Shown here one piece after another: positions 23,120 through 32,090 of a stretch of 64,000 bases of DNA. A model generated the notes under the pieces. That model worked only from the letters and a program-made list of their open reading frames with translations, was not told the origin of the DNA and searched no databases. Made by a program: the position numbers and the translations under genes. Every line of letters begins with the position of its first letter. The first letter of the stretch is position 1. Source of the stretch: a bacterium (GTDB lineage: Bacteria; Zhuqueibacterota; Zhuqueibacteria; Residuimicrobiales; Krinioviventaceae); contig CAXXFV010000009.1 of assembly GCA_963674595.2 (NCBI GenBank), positions 96,001 through 160,000 on the forward strand, written 5' to 3'.

Positions 23120-24286
23120 TCATTTTTCTTCTATAAATCCAATTTCATTCATCAACTTTAAGTTGGTAATTTCCGTATAATGGGTTTCAGTGGTTTCCAC
23201 GGATGAATGTCCCAAGGATTTTTGGACTGATTCAAGGGTTGCCCCACCTTCTAATAAATACGATCCGTATGATTTTCTATTATTATGAAACTTGCTTTCA
23301 ATCCCCAATTTTTTTAATGTTTTTTTAAATGATTTGCTTATAGAGTCATCTCTATTTATCTCAAAAAATAAATATCCATTCTCTGCTCTCTTGTAATAGT
23401 ATGGAAAGCAACTATGATTTCCTAATCTGACGAGTTCTCTAATTTTGTCGGCATCAGAAAGTATTTTTATTCTTTCATTTATCAGATCAAAAGCTTTAGG
23501 TCCCAGGGGAATGTTTCTAATATTGCTACCTTTTCCATGTAATTGTAAAAAGGGAAATGATTGGGATTGCACTTTAATAAAGACCAAGTCCTCTTTTTTT
23601 AATTTGAAAAGCTCGCCTCTTCTTGCACCTGTCCACAACGATAAATTAAACGTGTCTAATTTCCAACGTTGTAACTGATTGCTTAATTCATCTCTGATTA
23701 GGTTAATCTCCTCATCGGTATGAATTCGTTTTACAATTTTTGTTTGAAGTATTGATACCTTTTTAAAGTAATTTGCTTGAATGTAATTTTTTTCGAGGGC
23801 ATAAGAAAAAGCTGACTTTAGATGTTTATGGTATGTATTAACTGTAAATTCCTTTTTTCCGTCTTCTTTTAAAAGATGTTTCTGATATTCCTTTATCAGA
23901 TTATCATCGATTCTATCAATAAAAAATTTTTTTCCGACAAATTTGAGAAAAGAAAGTAAAGCATAATAATCTGTTTCAAGGGTAGCTTTTGACAAGTTAC
24001 CAAGCTCGACTTCTCTTTCTCGATAAGTGAGATAATCTTGGGCAAATTTTTCCAGTTTAATTCGTTTTCGTACTATCTTTGAAAAATCGGCTAAATCAAA
24101 TGTTCCTAGCGCGATTCTGTCATTAATTTTTTCAACAAGGTCTTTTGCAGCTTCTGGAGAGCATCTTTTTGTTATAGTTTTACAAGAATTGTCTTCATAA
24201 TAAATTCTAATAACAGGATATTTTCGATCAAGTCGCAATGTTGCTCTTGTCGGTTTATTTTCTTTTTCTAATTCTTTTTTCGTCAT
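23120..24286 (-). CDS. int: Phage tyrosine integrase
   Basis: TGARRGE, GKG, FHNNR, LGHS and final Tyr; SAM-like domain; adjacent to tRNA. Confidence 0.93.
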   Translation of the reverse strand: MTKKELEKENKPTRATLRLDRKYPVIRIYYEDNSCKTITKRCSPEAAKDLVEKINDRIALGTFDLADFSKIVRKRIKLEKFAQDYLTYREREVELGNLSKATLETDYYALLSFLKFVGKKFFIDRIDDNLIKEYQKHLLKEDGKKEFTVNTYHKHLKSAFSYALEKNYIQANYFKKVSILQTKIVKRIHTDEEINLIRDELSNQLQRWKLDTFNLSLWTGARRGELFKLKKEDLVFIKVQSQSFPFLQLHGKGSNIRNIPLGPKAFDLINERIKILSDADKIRELVRLGNHSCFPYYYKRAENGYLFFEINRDDSISKSFKKTLKKLGIESKFHNNRKSYGSYLLEGGATLESVQKSLGHSSVETTETHYTEITNLKLMNEIGFIEEK

Positions 24287-24492
24287 ATTAGTAAAATCTA
24301 TTTTTCTGTTCTTTTAAATTACTAGTTTCTTTGTAATAATAAATTCCGATTAGATATTCTGGTAAGTGCAGCTAAAAGTGAATTAAATTGTTTCTTATTG
24401 AGCATTATCAATAAAATGGATTCTGCACAAATATAGATGTACATGAAAAGTAATTAACTTTTTCATGCCCGCCCTCGCGAATTTGTTTTAAT

Positions 24493-25197
24493 TTAATATG
24501 TGTTTATTGATTGAACTACCCTGAAGATAGCAACCTCCGGGTCCTTGGGGATTAAAAGTGGGGGTGTTTTACCTATTCCATGCAATATAATCATGTCATT
24601 TTGTTCGTGATAATAACCTACATAGTTTTTATCATTATATTTTACTGCTGATATATCCCCTTCCTTTAACGTCTGATCCGGGTCTGCAACTACAGATGAA
24701 CCCTTTTTAACAACATCTCCCATTGAATCGTCCTGCATTTCTACTGCAAACAACATTTCGTTTTCTCCAGTGTAAGTCGTCATTACCGTCCCAATTCGTA
24801 AATTAACAAATTGTTGTTTCAGGTTTTGCCTTGTGGTTGGCACTTCCCTAAGTAATGGGATATATTGCAAACGACGTACCATATCCGGAGTTAATCCCAA
24901 CATCTTGATTACAGCTTCATCTTTCTCTGTTAGAGGTATCGGCTTATACAAATTTGAAGAAGGTGTTTCGTTTTTGAAAAAAGTTACTTTATCACCTTCA
25001 AAAGTAGTTTTTCTATTTGCACCTTCAGCAATTTTTCTAGCAATAGCTCTCTGTGATGTAGGTCTATCTAATGACAAAATTCTATAAATAGTCCCAACAG
25101 CGACACCAGCTTTATTTGCTAATTCCTCAGGAGATAAACCATCTTCATTAAGAATTTTCTCTATTTCAGTTTTTAATATTTTAGTATTTATTTTCAT
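24493..25197 (-). CDS. CI-like repressor (HTH + S24-like domain)
   Basis: HTH SPEELANKAGVAVGTIYRI, IPLL linker, DDSM motif; divergent from the early operon. Confidence 0.85.
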   Translation of the reverse strand: MKINTKILKTEIEKILNEDGLSPEELANKAGVAVGTIYRILSLDRPTSQRAIARKIAEGANRKTTFEGDKVTFFKNETPSSNLYKPIPLTEKDEAVIKMLGLTPDMVRRLQYIPLLREVPTTRQNLKQQFVNLRIGTVMTTYTGENEMLFAVEMQDDSMGDVVKKGSSVVADPDQTLKEGDISAVKYNDKNYVGYYHEQNDMIILHGIGKTPPLLIPKDPEVAIFRVVQSINTY

Positions 25198-25275
25198 AAC
25201 TTTTTAAATTAGTATAAATATTTTGAATAAAAATATCCATAAATTGCTATTTGTTGTATTTTTGTAAAAATATTC

Positions 25276-25304
25276 TTGACAAAGTTCTCAAAAATTATTA
25301 TAAT
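25276..25304 (+). promoter_or_regulatory. Consensus sigma70 early (PR-like) promoter
   Basis: TTGACA-17-TATAAT. Confidence 0.8.
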
Positions 25305-25352
25305 TGAAAAGATTTTATAAGAAATAATAACTTATGAGAATGAGGTGGTTAA

Positions 25353-25538
25353 GTGGAAACAAAAACAATGAAAATTAACCGTAAAAATCATCAAGAACTT
25401 AAAATTCGTTCTGCAATTGGCAATGTTGGAATTAATAGTCTTGTGAATGAATATCTCGAAAGAGTCTTGTTCGGTTATGAACCTAGAGAATCAACAAATT
25501 CTGAGTTTAGTTCAAAAAGTAGTGAATATTCTCAATAG
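25353..25538 (+). CDS. Small ribbon-helix-helix-like protein in the Cro position
   Basis: TKTMKINRKNHQELKIRSA...INSLVNEYL pattern; GAGGTGG RBS. Confidence 0.55.
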   Translation: METKTMKINRKNHQELKIRSAIGNVGINSLVNEYLERVLFGYEPRESTNSEFSSKSSEYSQ

Positions 25539-25545
25539 CTAATTA

Positions 25546-25782
25546 ATGGATTTCAATATGTCAATAATTAACATTAGACGCGATCCAGACCAAACTGCCC
25601 TTTTAAACGCAATAAATGAGCTTGGTCAAGCCGGGATAAATGATTTGCAATCATACGTCAAACGACCTTTAAGTTATTTGAAAATCCGACTAAATGAACT
25701 GGTTAACCAGGGCGAAATCCAAACCAAAGAACAGAATAGCATATTATACTTTTGTTCCATTTGTGCCGAGGAAACAGTATGA
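25546..25782 (+). CDS. Small winged-helix-like phage protein
   Basis: LLNAINELGQAGINDLQ...RLNELVNQGEI. Confidence 0.5.
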   Translation: MDFNMSIINIRRDPDQTALLNAINELGQAGINDLQSYVKRPLSYLKIRLNELVNQGEIQTKEQNSILYFCSICAEETV

Positions 25783-26051
25783 AAACTTTGAAGACATGGC
25801 AACAAGTTTCTAAACAGGACCTTTTGACGTTTACTGATTTAGCTGTTTATATACGCGGGATAAGCGCCCGTAAATTGCAGGATATGAGAAATGCCGGGCG
25901 GTTGCCTTCTCAGATATTACCTGGATTATGGTCAAAATACCATATAGATCGATGGCTTGCAAAACCGGAATATCCCTACGATGAAGAGGTAACTGATCTC
26001 CCGGAAATGGGAAAAACAGCTCTCAGATTGGAAAGGGCTTTAAGTGTATAA
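25779..26051 (+). CDS. Excisionase/AlpA-like HTH protein
   Basis: LLTFTDLAVYIRGISARKLQ...GRLP...WSKYHIDRWL. Confidence 0.65.
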   Translation: MKTLKTWQQVSKQDLLTFTDLAVYIRGISARKLQDMRNAGRLPSQILPGLWSKYHIDRWLAKPEYPYDEEVTDLPEMGKTALRLERALSV

Positions 26052-26128
26052 TGCCAAAGAACATTTTATTTTAACGGAATTACGGTGCTCCTGCCTGAAA
26101 ATCCGTGATCCCTGTTAAAATAGTATTT

Positions 26129-26467
26129 TCAGGTCAATTCAAATAAAAACCCCCTGGTCTGATGAGTCGCCAAACTATGCAAACCAGAGGGTGAAGGCAA
26201 AGAACTGCAAAGAGCCTGTTGAATATCAACATAAACACCAGAGCAGCCTTTGTAATTTAAGGTAGTGAAATTCTTATTTTTTAACAATGAAGAAATAAAG
26301 GCTTTCTCTAAAACATCTGCAGTCTCGAATATTATTAATAGATCGAAATTGATTTCAGAGATTGAGTTCTGAGTGTATTCAACGGGTTCTTTCCTATTTA
26401 TTTTCATGATTGACCTCATTTTTAAGAATTGACAATTAAATATACTATGGGAGAATGATTTTTACAA
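26129..26467 (-). other. Antisense transcription unit: promoter, small ORF, structured 3' region and terminator
   Basis: On the minus strand TTGTAA-17-TATATT (26467-26439), GAGG RBS before an ATG near 26408, and hairpin CCCTCTGGTTTG/CAGACCAGGGG plus T-run. Confidence 0.4.
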
Positions 26468-26548
26468 TGGGCAGTACAATTAATTTTTACAAGAATTTGC
26501 AAAAATTAACGGTCAAGCTAAAAAACAATTGAAAGAGCGGGTAGAGAA

Positions 26549-26911
26549 ATGAAAGAACAACAATTTGAAAATATAGACACAATCTCAACCGTGGAGGAGA
26601 AATTGTTCCGATTTATTGCATCAGAAATTGATAACGCTATTGAAGATTGCATCTCACAGAACAGACAATTGACCAGGGAATGGTTCGCTCAGGAGGCAAA
26701 GATGACGATTGGGCGGTTGAACAATTTATGTAAAGGCGGACGGACGCCGATAGACGCCGGTGACTTTCGGATTATTTCAAATTTGATCAGACAAGCTAAT
26801 CGTTTAAGATGGCTTCGTATGGCCAGAAACATTATGGGTTGTGAAGATTTGTACCTGTATGATCATACCAGTAAACGCCGCAGAGACGGAAATCCTGATG
26901 ATGTATCATGA
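26549..26911 (+). CDS. Phage HTH protein
   Basis: LTREWFAQEAKMTIGRLNNLCKG HTH-like segment. Confidence 0.55.
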   Translation: MKEQQFENIDTISTVEEKLFRFIASEIDNAIEDCISQNRQLTREWFAQEAKMTIGRLNNLCKGGRTPIDAGDFRIISNLIRQANRLRWLRMARNIMGCEDLYLYDHTSKRRRDGNPDDVS

Positions 26912-27161
26912 TGACATGTACACAAATCCGTTATTTGTAGCGCCTTTTGATGTTCCTGAAGAGGAAAAAATCGACACAAAAGCTTTTACTATTATTTGTC
27001 CTCATTGTGGTACTGTTGTGGACGGATATTTGGATTCTGAAATCGTGGAAAAAGTTCAATCCGGAGAAACAGACTCTATAACATGTCCTATCGGCTATTG
27101 TAAGAGGATGTTTGATATAGAGTATGACCCGGCATCAGGACTCTTTGAGACATGGATGTAA
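26898..27161 (+). CDS. Small zinc-binding phage protein
   Basis: CPHC and CPIGYC motifs; start codon uncertain. Confidence 0.5.
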   Translation: MMYHDDMYTNPLFVAPFDVPEEEKIDTKAFTIICPHCGTVVDGYLDSEIVEKVQSGETDSITCPIGYCKRMFDIEYDPASGLFETWM

Positions 27162-27210
27162 AGTTTGGTACGGCCATGAAAAATGACATAAATATAATTG
27201 GAGATGAGAA

Positions 27211-27477
27211 ATGATAAAAGAAGTTCCTTCAAAAGAGAGGCAAGTCTCAGCAGCAAAAATGCTGATAGAGAATTTAAACATCGACATCACCATTGATCAT
27301 GATATTGTGTCTCTGGCACAGATCATTCTTGGTGGGAACAGTTCTATTGGAATGGTGGCATTACAAGGTGCTGTCAAAATAGCCTATTCCAATATGATAG
27401 TAAAAGAAGTACTTACGAATCAAATTATTGAGAATATGCAAATAGGATTTACAGATCAGGATAAATTAAATTTTTGA
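27211..27477 (+). CDS. Hypothetical phage protein
   Basis: GGAG RBS, within the early operon. Confidence 0.5.
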   Translation: MIKEVPSKERQVSAAKMLIENLNIDITIDHDIVSLAQIILGGNSSIGMVALQGAVKIAYSNMIVKEVLTNQIIENMQIGFTDQDKLNF

Positions 27478-27485
27478 GGTGAATC

Positions 27486-28370
27486 ATGAATGGAAATGGA
27501 AATCAATCTCAAGTTGCTTTGGCAATAAAGTCAGACCAAAATAAAGAAGTGACTGTTCAGGAAAATTGTGAAATCGATCTGTATAATAACATTGCTGAGA
27601 ATCCTGTTACAGATCAGGTTCAACGAAAGTTGTCTGCTGAAATAGATAAAAACGATGTTGCCATCCGGCCAGACGGCATTATTTATTTGCCGGGTGTTTT
27701 TTACCGTAAAAGATTAATTGAAGCTTTTCATGCCGGTGGATGGGCTTTGTATAGCCGAAATATTTTTTATGACAAAAACATCAATCTTGTCTGTTATCAC
27801 GGGGTCTTGTTTGTTCTCGGACAGTTTATATCTGAAGCTGTCGGAGAACAGAAATACCATCCGAACAACAAGTCCATGACCTATGCCAGTGCTGTTGAAG
27901 GAGCCAAAACAGATTGTCTGACCCGATGTTGTAAAGATTTGGGAATCGCTACAGAACTGTGGTCTCCCAATTTTATCATGGAATGGAAGAATGAATTTGC
28001 TATCAGTGAATGGTATACAGATAAAAGAGATAATAATAAGGTTTTATTGTGGCGACGCAAAGACTATCCTCAATATGGCTGGCCCTATGAGATTTCAAAC
28101 AATAACACGCACGGTGAATCTGATAATAACAATCAACTTGATCAAAAATTAAAAACTGAACCATCCTTTGAGGACAAATGTAAAAATGCCAAAGAGTGGC
28201 TTTTTAAACAGACCGGCACGCATACCATTTATTTAAAAATGCTTGAGGACATGGGTGTGACCACAGCCCAAAAAATAGACAAGAAAAAACAAAACTTTTT
28301 TCTGCAAAAGTTAAAAGAGAGAATGCAACAGGTTCAACAAGAAAAAAAGGAGAGTGATCATGGAAAATGA
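27486..28370 (+). CDS. Rad52-superfamily single-strand annealing protein, Mgm101-like
   Basis: IRPDGIIYLP...YRKRLIEAF..GGWAL, GEQKY, EGAKTDCLTRCCKDLGIATELWSPNFI. Confidence 0.8.
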   Translation: MNGNGNQSQVALAIKSDQNKEVTVQENCEIDLYNNIAENPVTDQVQRKLSAEIDKNDVAIRPDGIIYLPGVFYRKRLIEAFHAGGWALYSRNIFYDKNINLVCYHGVLFVLGQFISEAVGEQKYHPNNKSMTYASAVEGAKTDCLTRCCKDLGIATELWSPNFIMEWKNEFAISEWYTDKRDNNKVLLWRRKDYPQYGWPYEISNNNTHGESDNNNQLDQKLKTEPSFEDKCKNAKEWLFKQTGTHTIYLKMLEDMGVTTAQKIDKKKQNFFLQKLKERMQQVQQEKKESDHGK

Positions 28371-29076
28371 TTTTTTCGACAGCATTTTGAATGGTGGCCC
28401 TGATGTGATGGAAGCAGAAGCTTTACCGGAGTTGGCAGAGATTAATGATGCCATGATCATCTCAACATATAAAGACATTCGATTAACAGTTGTGGATATA
28501 ACCGTTGATGATGCTACTATTTTTGAGGTGACAGATTATACCGGGAAAATATCAAAGTTTATAAAATACCTTGAAACAGCTAAAAAAGAATCGGTAAAAG
28601 AATTAAAAGAACAGATAAAAACAAAAGAGCAGCCATTTAAGAACCTGATAGGCGAAGTTGATAAACTGAACAGCATGCTGCGTTCTAAACTTTTGGAATA
28701 TCAAAAGGGGAAAAAACGCAAAGAAGAGGAACGATTAAAAGCAGAACGAGCACAGCAAATCAAAGAGCTTGAACAAGCCAAAGAAGCGACGGGTGATGAA
28801 GAAACAAAACAGGCACTGGATAAAGCTGTCAAACATGTTGCCAGTCAGGAAATCGTCGCCAAATCATCCGTTCAATCCATTCAAGCGACATCAAGTGTTG
28901 TGACCTATTGGAAATACGACATAACAGATCCGGACCTGGTGTGCCAACATCACCCGGAATTGTGTGAACCGTCCCGTTCAAAAATTAACGCTCAAGTGCA
29001 AAAACTAAAAAAAGATGCTGTTGAGAAATTCAAAGGCATTAAGGTTTATTCAAAAGATGATATAAGAGTGAGGTAA
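28360..29076 (+). CDS. Coiled-coil phage recombination-module protein (Gp157-like)
   Basis: Long coiled coil then WKYDITDPDLV...PSRSKIN...KGIKVY; lies between annealase and ssb. Confidence 0.55.
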   Translation: MENDFFDSILNGGPDVMEAEALPELAEINDAMIISTYKDIRLTVVDITVDDATIFEVTDYTGKISKFIKYLETAKKESVKELKEQIKTKEQPFKNLIGEVDKLNSMLRSKLLEYQKGKKRKEEERLKAERAQQIKELEQAKEATGDEETKQALDKAVKHVASQEIVAKSSVQSIQATSSVVTYWKYDITDPDLVCQHHPELCEPSRSKINAQVQKLKKDAVEKFKGIKVYSKDDIRVR

Positions 29077-29081
29077 TAAAA

Positions 29082-29492
29082 ATGGCATACAATAGTAAAG
29101 CAACATTAAACAAAGTCATGCTCATCGGTCGATTAGGTAAAGACCCGGAGATAAAATACACTCCTTCCGAGGTCGCTGTTATGACATTAAACATGGCAAC
29201 CAATACATCCTATAAATCCCAGGACGGAGAAATTGTCGAAAAAACAGAATGGCATCGTGTCGTTGTTTGGCGTAAAACAGCAGAAATGATTTCTCAATAT
29301 GCTAAAAAGGGTGATCTGGTTTATATCGAAGGCAAATTGGCCACTCGTTCCTGGGATGATAAAGATGGAAACAAGCAATATATGACTGAAATACAAGCAG
29401 AACAGGTACAGATTTTACAATTCAGTCAAACCTATGAACAGGAACAGCAAACAAATTTTCCTGATGAACCGGCAGATGATTTACCGTTTTAG
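29082..29492 (+). CDS. ssb: Single-stranded DNA-binding protein (phage copy)
   Basis: LNKVMLIGRLGKDPE, TEWHRVV, acidic DDLPF tail. Confidence 0.95.
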   Translation: MAYNSKATLNKVMLIGRLGKDPEIKYTPSEVAVMTLNMATNTSYKSQDGEIVEKTEWHRVVVWRKTAEMISQYAKKGDLVYIEGKLATRSWDDKDGNKQYMTEIQAEQVQILQFSQTYEQEQQTNFPDEPADDLPF

Positions 29493-29584
29493 GATTTTTG
29501 GTTTGTTGCCATAGATGTAAAATCGGATACTGGTGAAATTAATAAAAAGAAAAAATCTTAATGTCTTATCATAGAGGTTGATAT

Positions 29585-30124
29585 ATGACTGAAAAAGATA
29601 GAGAATGTTTTTCAAAACTCATGTGGCAAATGGAAACGGTTGCTGTGAATAATAAACAACCATTGACAGTAGAGAAGATAGATTTTTATTTCAAGGTATT
29701 ACAGGACCTGAGTTTTAAGGAAATTGAAAAGAATGCTGTTTACTATTTTAGAAATAAAAATGCTCTTTTCCCATCACCGGCAGATTTACGGGGACAGGAT
29801 CCTCTTCAACAGCAAGCTCAGGTAGCCTGGAACCGGATTAAAATGTATCTTGACCATTTTTATGATCCATCCATTGGTTCCTGTATGATGACGGTAATAG
29901 AAAAACGAATGCAGAAAAACGGTGAAGGGCATTTATATCCACTTCTTGTGCAATGGGGACCTGAAATACGATCTACCACTGCCATAGCTGCCACACGTAA
30001 GCATTTTTTGGATGCTTATAAAAATAACAGCAAGGTGGAAGAGAAAAAGCAGTTTGCGACAGATACAATGTCCAGAGAATTAAAATGGAAAAAAATTGAA
30101 TTATCTAGTATCAATGAGAAATAG
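29585..30124 (+). CDS. Phage replication-module protein (loader-inhibitor/DUF6475-like)
   Basis: YFKVLQDL...FPSPADLR...QAQVAWNRI pattern. Confidence 0.5.
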   Translation: MTEKDRECFSKLMWQMETVAVNNKQPLTVEKIDFYFKVLQDLSFKEIEKNAVYYFRNKNALFPSPADLRGQDPLQQQAQVAWNRIKMYLDHFYDPSIGSCMMTVIEKRMQKNGEGHLYPLLVQWGPEIRSTTAIAATRKHFLDAYKNNSKVEEKKQFATDTMSRELKWKKIELSSINEK

Positions 30125-30198
30125 AAAAGGAGTTTGACATGATTCGACTACAGAATAATATGATTACAGCTTTGGTAGAATCTCGAAAGACAGAAACC

Positions 30199-30723
30199 AT
30201 GTCGAATTTAAACAGATTTTGGGGTGCGGTTGATCCGGGTAATCCGGGTGGGATCAGTGTGTTTAACAGTATGGGATCAAAGGTTTGTTCAAAGAATTTA
30301 CCTTTTAAAGACACACAACAATACAGACTGTTACTGGAACAAATTAAAAAAGAGTACAACCTTGAATTTATCCTTCTGGAAGATTATAAACCGTTTATCG
30401 GCATAAAAAGAAAAAATTCTTATAAAGTATCAATTCAAATCCAGGTCTGTAAAGAAGTGTTCCCGGATCACATCCTGATCTTTCACACGCAGTGGAACCG
30501 GAATAAATGTAAAGATAAATTTAAACGACAATGGGCAAGGGATCTATTCGGAGAACAATTGCCAAATTCTCATCAGACGGATTCTGCGCTTATGGGAAAA
30601 CTGACTTTTGAAATTATTGATTCTGACACAAATGGTGGTGGATTTGTTGCCATGAAGCAGATGGCTTTTGAACAACTGCCATATCCGACTGTCAATCAAT
30701 TAAAACCATGGCTTGAACATTAA
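30199..30723 (+). CDS. RuvC-like Holliday junction resolvase with catalytic D-E-D present
   Basis: GAVDPG, ILLED, HQTDSALMG; start uncertain (30139 or 30199). Confidence 0.7.
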   Translation: MSNLNRFWGAVDPGNPGGISVFNSMGSKVCSKNLPFKDTQQYRLLLEQIKKEYNLEFILLEDYKPFIGIKRKNSYKVSIQIQVCKEVFPDHILIFHTQWNRNKCKDKFKRQWARDLFGEQLPNSHQTDSALMGKLTFEIIDSDTNGGGFVAMKQMAFEQLPYPTVNQLKPWLEH

Positions 30724-30739
30724 AATAAAAGGTGTGATT

Positions 30740-31303
30740 ATGAATAAGGTGACTTTTGTGAGTATTTCCCCTGGTAGTTTTACCGGGTTGACCATCTGGG
30801 ACCAGTATGGTAAATATATAAACACCGGAACGATAAAATATTTTAAACATCTTGATTACAGTGAAAGATTATACAAAACCAGGCAACATCATAATATTGC
30901 TTTTGCAGTGATTGAGGACCATGAACAGCACATAAACGGGAACATGACATGGGAAGTAAATGCCCATTTCACTCAAACTCAATTGACGATCTGTAAAGAG
31001 ATATTTGATTCTCATATTCTCATTAGCCCGGCACAATGGAACCGGTCCGGGCACCAGGATTATATGAAGCGTCAAATGACGTTACAGACTCTGCAGTTGA
31101 ATTTAAGAAATATGCCAGAGATTGACAGTGCCTTAATTGGACGATATGTGTTTCAATTTGCTAATCGGTATGTTGGGCACAAGACATTTGAAGCATTGCA
31201 TCAACTGGCAACCACGAGTCATAAATGGCCTTTATTATCTCAAAAACAGCCCTGGAATGATTTAATAAAAGTTTATTCGGAACAACTAAGTATTAACATT
31301 TAG
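30740..31303 (+). CDS. RuvC-like paralog with the first catalytic Asp replaced by Ser
   Basis: VSISPG, AVIED, PEIDSALIG; collinear with the upstream paralog (CKEIF/CKEVF, HILI, QWNR, KRQ). Confidence 0.65.
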   Translation: MNKVTFVSISPGSFTGLTIWDQYGKYINTGTIKYFKHLDYSERLYKTRQHHNIAFAVIEDHEQHINGNMTWEVNAHFTQTQLTICKEIFDSHILISPAQWNRSGHQDYMKRQMTLQTLQLNLRNMPEIDSALIGRYVFQFANRYVGHKTFEALHQLATTSHKWPLLSQKQPWNDLIKVYSEQLSINI

Positions 31304-31500
31304 TACAAGAATTATAATGTATTCCTGACTGATAAAATCAATTATTAGACCGGAAGGTCGTTCAAGTGATAGGTGACCAGGGCTGTGTCGCCCGGATTCG
31401 GATTGATGTAAGATGATGGAAATAGTTATCGAATTATAAAGAAGGAGGTGGTGATTATCGAGCACTGAACATTAATAATATTGGAATTCGAGCGTTTACT

Positions 31501-31781
31501 AAGCCCTGCAGGAATGTGGGGCTTTTATTTTATATTAAATTTAAAAATTCATGTGCATTTCAAGCAGAAAAATATTGTAAATTCTTTAAAAACCACTTGC
31601 AGTGGTTTGAGAAAATTTGTATAATTATTTTATCAGTAATAAAGGACTCTTTTTCAGGACAATATGGTCGGATATGGGTGTCTCTGATGCCCTTTAGCTA
31701 CTTTACCATCTATAAAAATGGGATTCATACGCACGTACGAGGAATAGATTGAGTCAATCACAAAATCACATTCCTGTTATT
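31501..31781 (+). repeat. Repeat copy 1: terminator + promoter + putative structured RNA
   Basis: AGCCCTGCA..TGTGGGGCT-T-run; TTGCAG-17-TATAAT (31597-31625); ~150 nt aligning with 46314-46465. Confidence 0.7.
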
Positions 31782-31790
31782 GTTATGACA

Positions 31791-32070
31791 CTATTATTTG
31801 CAGGAAGACTTGAAAAATAATTTCCATGATTTTATTGATTCTTGTAATAATCATCGTTATCATAAATCATTGGGCAATGTTACGCCGACTGATGTCTATT
31901 TTGGTAGGTAAGAAAAAAAATCAGAGCGAGATACTAATAAACAATAAAACAGGCAGGATTATATATTTTGAATATCCTTGAGTGCAGTAACAAATTAAAA
32001 AAGTATCCTTTAAAAAGTGTCATTTATTTAATTTAAAAATCTGTCTATTTTATTCTGCGGGATACTACTA
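31791..32070 (+). pseudogene. IS3/IS481-type transposase 3' remnant with degenerate right end
   Basis: Translates as YYLQEDL...FIDSCNNHRYHKSLGNVTPTDVYFGR*; IR-like TGTCTATTTTATTCTGCGGGATAC near 32042. Confidence 0.65.
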
Positions 32071-32090
32071 AATAAAAGAGATAAGCTACT

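Noticed and set aside
26159-26190. CTGATGAG resembling a hammerhead ribozyme core
   Set aside because: No stem II followed by GAAA; it is part of a terminator-like hairpin
31316-31470. Possible small gene after the RuvC-like pair
   Set aside because: Broken by stops and frameshifts; at most an unidentifiable remnant
31650-31700. AATATGG...GTCTCT resembling a purine riboswitch
   Set aside because: Lacks the P2/P3 arrangement and the CCGTAAA loop; copy 2 does not keep AATATGG
31516-31752. ORFs 31516-31752 and 46162-46368 with similar translations
   Set aside because: Similarity only reflects the DNA repeat; they overlap terminator and promoter, lack an RBS, and an indel breaks the shared frame
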